From Obrimoposthia wandeli (taxonomy: Eukaryota), in contig CDROCS010005369.1 in NCBI GenBank assembly GCA_977020255.1, positions 1 through 64,000 of the forward strand: a stretch of 64,000 bases of DNA. Reading direction: 5' to 3'. How positions within the stretch are numbered: position 1 is the first letter of the stretch; every line of letters starts with the position of its first letter. Position numbers and translations under genes: made by a program. Of this stretch, positions 44,718 to 54,175 are shown piece by piece. The notes beneath the pieces are model-generated. The model ran no database searches. It was not told the origin of the DNA and saw only the letters and a list, made by a program, of their open reading frames with translations.

Positions 44718-45062
44718 TTATTTATTCCATTCTCCCCAGCGAGGTAACTTTAAATTTTTCACAGTAAAGATAATGCTTGTGGCTAAAAAAAGCCCTGAAA
44801 TAAAACCAAAGGTTATCGAAGTACAGAATAGTGATAAGTAATTAAACCCTAAAGTATTATGCTCTATAAACCACGAACCCCCACCAAAAATTAAAGAACC
44901 AAAAATTGATTGTAATAATAATATTTTCAATGGGTTCTCAAAAACGATAGGTTTTCCATCAATTCCCGTTAATTTGTAAAACAACCAGAAATAAGGTCTT
45001 GTTTCTGACTTTTTTGCACCTAAAGATAATAAATACTTTCGTGCTTGTTCATAGTTATTCAC
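44718..45062 (-). CDS. Small membrane protein, DUF6404-like
   Basis: 114 aa, AT-rich, two TM segments, ends LKLPRWGEW; GTG start with GGAG RBS. Confidence 0.55.
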   Translation of the reverse strand: MNNYEQARKYLLSLGAKKSETRPYFWLFYKLTGIDGKPIVFENPLKILLLQSIFGSLIFGGGSWFIEHNTLGFNYLSLFCTSITFGFISGLFLATSIIFTVKNLKLPRWGEWNK

Positions 45063-45229
45063 TATTTACATCTCCAGATAATGTTGATGATTCGATCTAT
45101 CGCGCTATACCTCAGGGGTTTTGTAGTGGTTAAGTCTATTCGTGAGATATTTCAACAGCGTCATGACAAATATAAGGCACCCGGATTTAATCCGGAGTAC
45201 CTTTATTTCCCCCCGTAGAATTGGCTAAA

Positions 45230-47878
45230 TTATGAAGCGATTATCAGCTTCAGTTCAACTTTTTGTTTTACAGGCTGCGCCGTTGTACTAACGCTCACAA
45301 CACCATCTTGCTGCGTCCATTCGGAGATAACGTTGCCGTTCAATTCAACCGCCTGCACTTTACCTTCAATGCCGTACCATTCAATAGAGACTGGACGGAC
45401 TGTCGGCGCATCACGATAATGACCTTTAGCTTCAACAGTAAGCAATAACCCGTCCTCTATGATACGGGTTGTCAGACTTGTTTGTCGTAGTTCCCCTTTC
45501 AGATAAGCACTACTGGCACCATCATCTTCATACAAAGTGAAAGCACCTTGGCTACCGTAAATTTTCGCCGCCAACGTTAAAGGCACATCACTAGTGAGTG
45601 GCATTTTCTGCTGTGGGTTGACCGGAATAATGGCACCATCACGTGCAAACAACGGCAAGCGGATCACACCGTTATCATAAACTGACTGCTGCTTAAGCCA
45701 CTCACCTTTACTGACTGTCATCTCGCCAGTGCGATAGTCATACCACTTACCAGCTGGTAGATACAGATCCAGCGCCTTTTGCCCCATTTTAGCAATTGCG
45801 GCACCCAGTAAATCTTTACCCATCATTTTTTGAGCTGGTAGATTCATGGCCTGTGGATCATTGCCATAGTAATAATCCATTGACGGGAAAACTGGCTCAG
45901 CCGAATTATTAGCCCGATGAGCAAGCGAATAGAGATAAGGGATCAACTGATAACGCAATTTAATACTGGCTTTGTTGCTGGCTAGATCGCCCACTCTATC
46001 CGGTGCAGTTTCTTTACAATTACACAAGTTTTCAGTGTGCGGGCGAACCGGTACTTCAAACAACGCGCTGTAAGCAAACCATTGGGTATAAGTTTCATTA
46101 AGCGCAGCTTCACGCTCACTTGAAGATGCTTTTAATGCCCCGCGATGGAAACCACCAATATCAGAGCTGTAGTAATCAATACCAGATAGCACCATATTGG
46201 GCTGCATACTAAATTGAGTGGACAGGCTTTGCAGATTACTCCCTATATCAGCCGACCACATCGTCGCGCCAAAACGTTGGATCCCCGGCGCACCAGATCG
46301 TGACATCATAAACGGGCGAACTTCCGTGTGATTACGCTGATAACCCTGATAGATACTTTCTAACCACTTATAGTTAAATACATTATGAACATCGCCATGC
46401 GGTTTATCACCGAGAAAGACGCCATCGGCATTATACATTTCAGGTTCACCCAGATCAGTCCAGTGCCCTATCACCCCCATATCAATTAAAGGTTTTCGTT
46501 TCCAGTCATGCCAATAATCACCACCAGCAACATTGGTCCAGTCGATCATACCGCCTTTACCCCACCAATGGCCAAGACCATTAGGATCAGTATCAATCGC
46601 CTTACCTGTTTTCGGATCTTTTATCAAATAACCTTTGTCATCTAGGGTCTGATGTTCATCCAGTCCCTCACTGACATAAGACTCTTCGATCAGTATCATA
46701 CCAACGCCTTGCTTCTTAAGAGATTGGATTTTATTTTCTGGCTCAGGAAAGTTTTTTACATCCCATGTTAAGGATCCCATCTGGCTGACGGGGCTGAAAC
46801 TGTCAACATTACCGAACCACTGCAGATCCATGACAACCCCGTCGATCGGGAACGCTTGTTGTTTTAAGGTTTTGAGTTTGTCATCCATCTCTTCCCAGTT
46901 ATCAAAACCGTACTCTGACAGCCACATACCAAACATTTTACGCGGTGGAACCAAGGGGTTACCGACCAACTTCATATATTGCTGCCTAAGATCCGCTAAT
47001 CCCTCACCCGCCATCAGCAAAAAGCTTGGTTTACCTTGTGATACCGAGACCTTCCAAGGTGTTTCCATGAAATCCCAATTAGCCGCATAGATAGTATCAA
47101 GATACAGAGCGTAATTTTGTTGCTTAGGATTGGTGGCGTATAAGATAGGGAATTGAGTATTACCCGTTGCACCACCCTCATAGCCTTCCATTTTGTTGCC
47201 GCCTTGGCGCTTAAAGCCAAGCCAATTACTATTTAATTCACCTGGAGAATGAAACTCCTGACCCAAGCCATTAAGTTGATAATCGCCTTGCGAAAGCAAA
47301 GTGAAACTATGTTCCTTATTAGGACAAACGTCTGTGAGTTTCCCTTGCTTGAAGGATGTCACAGACACACATAAGTTTTGAGCATTAACGGTCACTTGAA
47401 GATTTTGCGTCGTAAATCCACCGGCGATTTTATTCAGCTTAACGGCACCATTTAGTTTAGCGATATTGATCAGTTCAGTCGTGGGTAAAGCGGTGTCTTT
47501 TGACTGAGCTTTGTAGGCAATATGAATGATGTCATCACTTAACACATCAATTGCTAAATGATGACCCTGTCGTTGTGATTTTTCCAACAACATCGACTGG
47601 TACTGGTTAACTATCTCATCATCAAGTTCTTCTTTCAGGGCGGTAATAAACGCCTCCCTGCTATAAAAAGTATTTCCAATTAAAGGTTTAAGCGTTTTAC
47701 GCACATCAATTTCAGGCATGGCTTTGCGCATTCTAAAAATATCTACGGCTTCCAGTCGATAGCTGCTGTCACTTTGATAGCGAAAACCTTCGACTTCTGC
47801 ATAAGCAGAACCACTCACCGCAAGTAAACTCGGCACCGCGATTCCCAAAATGAGGCGCTGCATTGACATTTTGTTCAT
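45230..47878 (-). CDS. Secreted GH31 enzyme (CtsZ/Agd31B-like) with extra N-terminal helical segment
   Basis: Signal peptide ending AYA; HWTDLGEPEMY, WSAD, YYSSDIGGF, VRPHTENLCNCKETAP. Confidence 0.88.
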   Translation of the reverse strand: MNKMSMQRLILGIAVPSLLAVSGSAYAEVEGFRYQSDSSYRLEAVDIFRMRKAMPEIDVRKTLKPLIGNTFYSREAFITALKEELDDEIVNQYQSMLLEKSQRQGHHLAIDVLSDDIIHIAYKAQSKDTALPTTELINIAKLNGAVKLNKIAGGFTTQNLQVTVNAQNLCVSVTSFKQGKLTDVCPNKEHSFTLLSQGDYQLNGLGQEFHSPGELNSNWLGFKRQGGNKMEGYEGGATGNTQFPILYATNPKQQNYALYLDTIYAANWDFMETPWKVSVSQGKPSFLLMAGEGLADLRQQYMKLVGNPLVPPRKMFGMWLSEYGFDNWEEMDDKLKTLKQQAFPIDGVVMDLQWFGNVDSFSPVSQMGSLTWDVKNFPEPENKIQSLKKQGVGMILIEESYVSEGLDEHQTLDDKGYLIKDPKTGKAIDTDPNGLGHWWGKGGMIDWTNVAGGDYWHDWKRKPLIDMGVIGHWTDLGEPEMYNADGVFLGDKPHGDVHNVFNYKWLESIYQGYQRNHTEVRPFMMSRSGAPGIQRFGATMWSADIGSNLQSLSTQFSMQPNMVLSGIDYYSSDIGGFHRGALKASSSEREAALNETYTQWFAYSALFEVPVRPHTENLCNCKETAPDRVGDLASNKASIKLRYQLIPYLYSLAHRANNSAEPVFPSMDYYYGNDPQAMNLPAQKMMGKDLLGAAIAKMGQKALDLYLPAGKWYDYRTGEMTVSKGEWLKQQSVYDNGVIRLPLFARDGAIIPVNPQQKMPLTSDVPLTLAAKIYGSQGAFTLYEDDGASSAYLKGELRQTSLTTRIIEDGLLLTVEAKGHYRDAPTVRPVSIEWYGIEGKVQAVELNGNVISEWTQQDGVVSVSTTAQPVKQKVELKLIIAS

Positions 47879-47996
47879 ATAATATGTTTCCTTCATTGCT
47901 AATTGTTTTTACAACTCATGAATTGAAAATCAAATATCCACCATCATAATAAAGTAATTAAAAAACAATTAAATCAACCCATTGAAACAGTTATAA

Positions 47997-48043
47997 GGAG
48001 GAGGAGAAGAGAGGAGAAGATATCAATTATGAAGCGAGTCACA
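47997..48043. promoter_or_regulatory. GGAGGA repeats and CRP-like site upstream of the second GH31
   Basis: GGAGGAGGAGAAGAGAGGAGAAGA then TATGA-N6-TCACA (48028-48043). Confidence 0.5.
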
Positions 48044-48344
48044 CTCGTAAGGCTTAGTATCGCAATTAAACAACAGAAAATGTATGCAGATAATTACATC
48101 CATCACACTTTGTAGGTATGGTGAACAAAAAATGCAACCCCGCACTATAGTAAGATCAACGAACACTTCACTTCAAATATCAGCGTATCTGCAAATTAAT
48201 TGTCATTATGCGTTGCAATTTGCGAATACGCTAAAGAATAAAACCATAAGCCACTGTTTATAAAGGAAGTTAATATTGGCTTAAGATATGCATTACAACC
48301 TAGGTACACATCAAAATGCACTTTCAAGGACTGAGGAATAAAAT

Positions 48345-50459
48345 ATGATTAAGCTTGCCTCTCTACGTTATATATTCGTCTCGCTATTATTTTATGTGGC
48401 GACACCACATTTGCTCTACGCTGCGCCTTTTGATTTGTGCCCTACCGAGGCGTTCTTATCGCAATACAACAATAACGCCACTCATTATAAGTCTGTCGAT
48501 TTATCTACCGGTTCAGTAAAGACGATACAAATCGACGATAACTTAGGCACTGATGTCGTAAATGCTATCGCCTTCAACGAAACTGACCGCTATATTTACG
48601 GCTTCAATAAGCAAGAACTAGCCTTGGTCAAATTTGATCGTAACTTTAAAGCCACAGTATTAAATTTCACCAATCCACCAGCAAATAATTTTTATGTCGG
48701 GGATATTTACAAAAATAAATATTATTTTTATCGCAAAAATACCGGTCTTTTCTATACCAGTTTAGATAGTAGTGATCCTGATTACCTCACGATCAAAAAG
48801 ATCAACGGTGCCAATCAAAACATGACGATTGCCGACTTTGCTTTTCACCCGACTAACGGTTATCTATATGCAGTTGAAAGCAACTCCGGTATTCTCTATA
48901 AGATCAACCCAGCAGATGGTTCCGCAGAATCACTCGGAAATACGGGGTTCACAGCATCAGGGAGTCACTTTGGTGCCGCTTATTTTGATGTTTTAGGTTT
49001 CCTTTATTTCGTTAGAAACAATGACGGTAATATTTACCGTACTGATATTACCAACCCGGCTTCGACAGTGTATTTTGCCAAAGCATCACCGACCAATAGC
49101 AATGACGGCGCTCGCTGTGCCAATGCCCCCGTGATTTCGACGAATACCGATTACGGCGATGCACCAGACTCTTATGGCACCACACTTGCAAATAATGGCG
49201 CTCGCCATTTGATTAACTACAACAATTACTTCTTAGGTGAAAATGTCGACGCCGAATCCGATGCAAGAATTTATCCGAGTGCCGATGAAAGTGTCAGCAT
49301 AAATGATGAAGATGGTGTGACATTTAAAACGGCTCTTGTTCCTGGCTTAGATGGTCAAGTCAATGTAGTCATTGGTGGTGAAGCGACCAGTTATCTTAAT
49401 GCCTGGTTTGATTGGAACCGTGATGGCGAGTTCAGCGATGACGAACGCGCGATTAGTGGTTTGCAACTATCACCAGGTAGTCACGATGTACTGTTTAGTG
49501 TGCCCAATAATGCCAACGCAGGTGCGAGCTGGTCACGTTTTCGCGTCGGGGATGTGGAAGACATTAGTCAAAATGGCGGTTACGTAAATGGTGAAGTCGA
49601 AGATTACCAAATCAACATAACAGCAGCCAACACCACTTATATTCATTATCCAAGTCAAAATGATTTTGTCACTATTGCTTACGAAGATATGTGGCCAGAG
49701 CTCGGTGACTACGATTTTAATGATGTCGTCATTTATTATCGTGTTTCACAAGTGATTCAAAACAGTAAAGTGGTCAGAATTGATGTAACGGGCCAGTTAG
49801 CCGCTTACGGTGCAGATTACTCCAATGGCTTCGCCATCCAATTACCGGGGATAGCGCGTGCACAAATAAATGAAAATCTCGTTAAGCTAACTCATGATGG
49901 CCAGATATTACAAAGTGCAACGCCATTGGAACAAGGTCAAACTAATGCGGTGGTCATTATTACTGACAATCTTAAAAATACATTTGAAAAAAGTAATTGT
50001 GGCTTAAATTTCTATCGGACTGAAGTCGGTTGTAGTAACAGCGACCTATTCACCTTCAATATTACTATCCCATTAGCAACCCCGATGGATCAGTCTGCAA
50101 TGCCGGACATGCCATTAGATCCGTTCATCTTTGCAAGTGAAAATCGCAGTCGTAATGATATCTTCAGTAACGCCATGCCTGGTCGACCTTTAGAAATTCA
50201 TCTCGCGGATAAACCCTTAACCGACCTTGGTACTAACATCTATTTTGGTCAGTATGATGATCGTTCATTCCTCGCGAGTATATTTAGAGATGAACGTAAT
50301 TTACCTTGGGCGATAGAAGTCGGCAATCAATGGGCTCCGCCATATGAAGGTACCGATATCTCCATTGCTTATCCAGAGTTTAGTAACTTTATTATAAGTA
50401 ACGGACAACAAAATATCGATTGGTTCAATAACCCTATTATCAATAAAATATATCAGTAG
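48345..50459 (+). CDS. LruC/DUF4842-domain secreted protein with GEVED domain
   Basis: Signal peptide; TDYGDAPDSY, WFDWNRDGEF, GEVEDY, IAYEDMWPELGDYDFNDVV, PWAIEV. Confidence 0.85.
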   Translation: MIKLASLRYIFVSLLFYVATPHLLYAAPFDLCPTEAFLSQYNNNATHYKSVDLSTGSVKTIQIDDNLGTDVVNAIAFNETDRYIYGFNKQELALVKFDRNFKATVLNFTNPPANNFYVGDIYKNKYYFYRKNTGLFYTSLDSSDPDYLTIKKINGANQNMTIADFAFHPTNGYLYAVESNSGILYKINPADGSAESLGNTGFTASGSHFGAAYFDVLGFLYFVRNNDGNIYRTDITNPASTVYFAKASPTNSNDGARCANAPVISTNTDYGDAPDSYGTTLANNGARHLINYNNYFLGENVDAESDARIYPSADESVSINDEDGVTFKTALVPGLDGQVNVVIGGEATSYLNAWFDWNRDGEFSDDERAISGLQLSPGSHDVLFSVPNNANAGASWSRFRVGDVEDISQNGGYVNGEVEDYQINITAANTTYIHYPSQNDFVTIAYEDMWPELGDYDFNDVVIYYRVSQVIQNSKVVRIDVTGQLAAYGADYSNGFAIQLPGIARAQINENLVKLTHDGQILQSATPLEQGQTNAVVIITDNLKNTFEKSNCGLNFYRTEVGCSNSDLFTFNITIPLATPMDQSAMPDMPLDPFIFASENRSRNDIFSNAMPGRPLEIHLADKPLTDLGTNIYFGQYDDRSFLASIFRDERNLPWAIEVGNQWAPPYEGTDISIAYPEFSNFIISNGQQNIDWFNNPIINKIYQ

Positions 50460-50467
50460 GTATCGCT

Positions 50468-50986
50468 ATGAACTTTAAACAACAATTACTTATGAGCACT
50501 GTGATTATCATGTCTATTTCCGCCTGCGGCGGCGGTGACGACGCCCCGTCAGGAAACACCGTAACGCCACCCACAAATCAGACAGATCCCACTGTGGACG
50601 GTGCCAAGCAAGTATTAACCGAAGATGAAGATAGTTTTATTCCAACAGCAAGTAATAATAACAGCTTAAAAAATATCACAGCCCCAAGTACATTAACCTA
50701 TCGAGCATCAACAACCCTGCAGTTGCAGGTGGACTCTAACAGTGCTCAACCCTGTAATATCAATATTTATAAAGAATACGATACCCTTTCAGACTCGGGA
50801 TTCACCCCAGATCCAAGTAGTCAGGTCATGCAAATAGATTCCGATACCTGCAGTTATTCAGGCCCTATTTATATTTTAAACCAACAACAAACCTTGCTAG
50901 CTGAAGTCGTATCGTTACAGCATGCAACCACCAGTTATCATGAAGTACTCATCACCAACAATACCATCACCCTTAGCGTTAACTAG
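50468..50986 (+). CDS. Hypothetical lipoprotein, co-transcribed with the LruC-domain gene
   Basis: ISAC lipobox followed by GGGDD; 8 bp after the previous stop. Confidence 0.75.
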   Translation: MNFKQQLLMSTVIIMSISACGGGDDAPSGNTVTPPTNQTDPTVDGAKQVLTEDEDSFIPTASNNNSLKNITAPSTLTYRASTTLQLQVDSNSAQPCNINIYKEYDTLSDSGFTPDPSSQVMQIDSDTCSYSGPIYILNQQQTLLAEVVSLQHATTSYHEVLITNNTITLSVN

Positions 50987-51122
50987 CTCAGTGAACCTAA
51001 CATTTACCTCCCACAATCAGCAACAAGCACATATATACCCACGTTAATTCAAGATGCTGATTGTGCATCTTGAAGTAGCTTGGGTATAATAATCTGGATT
51101 CACTTATTCAGAGGTCGCTTAA

Positions 51123-52544
51123 ATGCGCTTAACCATCTTCCACAAATTGTTTATCTCGTTAATACTCATTAGCATGCTAATGATGGTAAGCATGGCATTA
51201 CTGATCAATAACAGCTTTCAAAATGGTTTTCAAAGCTACCTAAACCAGAGTGAAGTCGAACGAATTGAAAACATGGCTGAAAATATCAGTGACTATTACT
51301 CAGCAGAGCAAGGCTGGCGCAAACTCCAACAACAGCCTGAGTTATGGCGACAGCTGTTAAGAAATATTGGCGAGCATCCCCGAAAACCAAAAGATCTTGC
51401 TGATATGCCGGCAAGAAAAAGCCGTTCTAATTATAACCGACTCGAAGTACGTCTTAATTTACTCGATGCAAATGGTAAATCCCTTATTGGTAACCGTAAA
51501 AACTTAAAGCGTTTACATGACAATGTACAAATTACCAAGGTTGCAATCACCCAAAATACACAGACCATTGGCTGGTTATCCATTATCCAAAGAGAAAATA
51601 TTAAAGGCCATTTAGCCGAACGTTTCTTAAGACAACAACTCGACAACTTTTATTGGATTGCAGCTTGGGCAGCGCTGTTCTCATTCATTGTTGCCGCGTT
51701 ATTAGTACGTCATTTTTTAAAACCACTCAAAAACTTAGATAACGCCGCAAAGTCGTTATCCAACGGTAACTTTGATTATCAAATCGATGTGCGTGGTAAA
51801 GATGAATTGGCCGAGTTATCGCTCGCCTTTAACCTACTAACCACCAAACTCAAGACCCAGAAACACGTTCGAGAACAATGGTTATCTGATATATCTCATG
51901 AGCTACGCACCCCGATTGCCGTATTGCTCAGTGAAATAGAAGCCATTGAAGACGGTATCCGCAAACCCGAACCCAAATATATTAGATCATTGCACGATCA
52001 AGTCATGACCCTGACCCGGTTAGTTGATGATTTATATGCATTATCATTATCTGATAGTGGTGTGCTTATCGATACGTCACAGAAAGTCGATATCACTAAT
52101 ATCATCAATAATATTGCCAATCAAAATGAAGTCCGTTTAGCCGACAAAAAAATTGCAATACAGCGCTTATACGATCGCAACCAATGTACGTTATTACACG
52201 CAGATGCCAAATCATTAGCCCAGCTAATTGGTAATTTATTTGAAAACAGTTATCGCTATACCAATCCAGTAGGCCAGATACACATCAACCTGCAACAGAC
52301 TCACGACGCCGTGTTATTAACCATTGAAGACAGCGCGCCTGGAGTGCCGGACGAAGCCTTACCGAAACTGTTTGACCGCTTATATCGGGTCGATAAATCC
52401 CGCAGTCGTGCCTATGGCGGTTCCGGTTTGGGTTTATCTATTTGTGAAAACATCGTCAAGATGCATAATGGTCATATCAGTGCCCAGCATTCCGCACTTG
52501 GCGGCTTAAAAATAACGATATCACTTCCGATTAAGGACAATTAA
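51123..52544 (+). CDS. baeS: Sensor histidine kinase, BaeS-like
   Basis: Two TM segments, HAMP, WLSDISHELRTP, NLFENSYRYT, EDSAPGV, GGSGLGLSI. Confidence 0.75.
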   Translation: MRLTIFHKLFISLILISMLMMVSMALLINNSFQNGFQSYLNQSEVERIENMAENISDYYSAEQGWRKLQQQPELWRQLLRNIGEHPRKPKDLADMPARKSRSNYNRLEVRLNLLDANGKSLIGNRKNLKRLHDNVQITKVAITQNTQTIGWLSIIQRENIKGHLAERFLRQQLDNFYWIAAWAALFSFIVAALLVRHFLKPLKNLDNAAKSLSNGNFDYQIDVRGKDELAELSLAFNLLTTKLKTQKHVREQWLSDISHELRTPIAVLLSEIEAIEDGIRKPEPKYIRSLHDQVMTLTRLVDDLYALSLSDSGVLIDTSQKVDITNIINNIANQNEVRLADKKIAIQRLYDRNQCTLLHADAKSLAQLIGNLFENSYRYTNPVGQIHINLQQTHDAVLLTIEDSAPGVPDEALPKLFDRLYRVDKSRSRAYGGSGLGLSICENIVKMHNGHISAQHSALGGLKITISLPIKDN

Positions 52545-52547
52545 TCC

Positions 52548-53228
52548 ATGACTCTGTCAGCAAAAACAATACTCGTGGTTGAAGATGAACCATCACTGGC
52601 CATCGTGTTATGTGAATACCTTGCCCAAGCAGGATTTCAAACCCACATCATTGATAATGGCCTTGAAGTAATTGACTGGGTAAAACAGCACAAACCAGAT
52701 CTGCTTATTTTAGATTTAATGTTGCCCTACCGTGATGGTCTCGATATCTATCGTGAATTGCGCACCTTCAGCCAAATACCCGTCGTGATGGCCACTGCGC
52801 GTGTCGATGAAATTGATCGTTTATTAGGACTTGAACTCGGCGCGGATGACTATATCTGCAAACCATATAGCCCACGTGAAGTCGTTGCTCGCATCAAAAA
52901 TGTATTACGCCGAACTGCCGAAGTAGCAGCACCGTCAACACCACATGGCCTAGTGATTAATGATGAGCAAATGAAAGCCACGTTCGACAATCATGAGCTA
53001 ACGTTAACACCCGCAGAATTTCGTCTGTTAAGCTTTTTTAATCAGCATTCAGGTCAAGTATTTAACCGAGACCAGCTGATGCAAAAAATTTATGCCGACC
53101 ATCGCTTAGTCACCGATCGTACCATTGATAGTCACATCAAAAACTTACGTAAAAAATTACAAGATGCGGCACCAAACAATGAATACATCAAATCCATTTA
53201 TGGGGTTGGCTACCGCTTTACGCTGTAA
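52548..53228 (+). CDS. baeR: OmpR family response regulator, BaeR-like
   Basis: ILDLMLP, ELGADDYICKPYSPREVVAR, DRTIDSHIKNLRKK, YGVGYRF. Confidence 0.8.
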   Translation: MTLSAKTILVVEDEPSLAIVLCEYLAQAGFQTHIIDNGLEVIDWVKQHKPDLLILDLMLPYRDGLDIYRELRTFSQIPVVMATARVDEIDRLLGLELGADDYICKPYSPREVVARIKNVLRRTAEVAAPSTPHGLVINDEQMKATFDNHELTLTPAEFRLLSFFNQHSGQVFNRDQLMQKIYADHRLVTDRTIDSHIKNLRKKLQDAAPNNEYIKSIYGVGYRFTL

Positions 53229-53260
53229 TTATTTTGGTCTTTGTTAATATTATGGGTAAT

Positions 53261-53290
53261 CTCCACATTTTCTCCACATTTTATCCATAA
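53261..53290 (+). promoter_or_regulatory. Tandem CTCCACATTT repeats, candidate BaeR-type box
   Basis: ctccacattt t ctccacattt tatccataa, 11-bp period, upstream of the EF-hand gene. Confidence 0.5.
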
Positions 53291-53386
53291 TGCCTGCGCA
53301 TTTGTTGCTTATAATGACTCCATCAACAGATTAACTCACGAAGAGTTAATCTTGTTTAAGCCTAACAACAAGCAACAAGTGAGATC

Positions 53387-53953
53387 ATGATGAAAAAGAC
53401 ATTATTTATTACCGCCGCCTTATTAACAGCGATGACTACCACGACGTTTGCTTATGCAGACAGTGACAACAAACAACGCAATCATGTGTCTTTTGAACAA
53501 ATGGACACCAACCAAGATGGTCAAGTATCTAAAGACGAAGCAACAGGACGTCTCGCCGAACACTTTGAAAAATTAGATAGCGACAATGACGGCTTCGTTA
53601 GCAAAGCAGATTTACCAAACAAAGGTAAACACCATAAAGGTGAAAAATTTGCAGCAATGGACACCAACAACGATGGCAAGATTTCAAAAGATGAAGCCAC
53701 AGGCCGTTTAGCTGAAAACTTTGATAAACTAGATACTGACAACGACGGTTTCATTACCAAAGCTGACATGCCAAACAAAGGTAAACATCATAAAGGTAAA
53801 AACCACAAAGGCATGATGTTCAAAAAAATGGACACCAACAATGACGGTAAAATTTCAAAACAAGAAATGAACGACCACTTTGATAAATTAGATTCAAACG
53901 GTGACGGTTTCATCACTAAAGATGATATGAAAGCGCAATATAACAAACGTTAA
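53387..53953 (+). CDS. Secreted EF-hand calcium-binding protein (six EF-hand loops)
   Basis: Signal peptide; DTNQDGQVSKDE, DSDNDGFVSKAD, DTNNDGKISKDE, DTDNDGFITKAD, DTNNDGKISKQE, DSNGDGFITKDD; KGKHHKG linkers. Confidence 0.9.
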   Translation: MMKKTLFITAALLTAMTTTTFAYADSDNKQRNHVSFEQMDTNQDGQVSKDEATGRLAEHFEKLDSDNDGFVSKADLPNKGKHHKGEKFAAMDTNNDGKISKDEATGRLAENFDKLDTDNDGFITKADMPNKGKHHKGKNHKGMMFKKMDTNNDGKISKQEMNDHFDKLDSNGDGFITKDDMKAQYNKR

Positions 53954-54175
53954 TGAACTAAAAATCATAATCACTCAATCCCGCAAATGCCTGTTAGTTT
54001 TCGCTAACAGGCATTTTTTATTAACCGATAACTTATTTTTTAATCAAGAAGTATAACTTTAGTGTTAACTAGATCATGTTTATTCGTGTAAAAGCTCCTT
54101 TTAACTATCTGAATTACATAAGATGAAGCTAACCTATAAATGTGACCTAGCTAACAAACTAAGTGTGAGTGATTT

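Noticed and set aside
54141-54156. CRP-like TGTGA-N6-TAACA before glgX
   Set aside because: Only ~20 bp from the start codon and no mapped promoter, so its role cannot be supported
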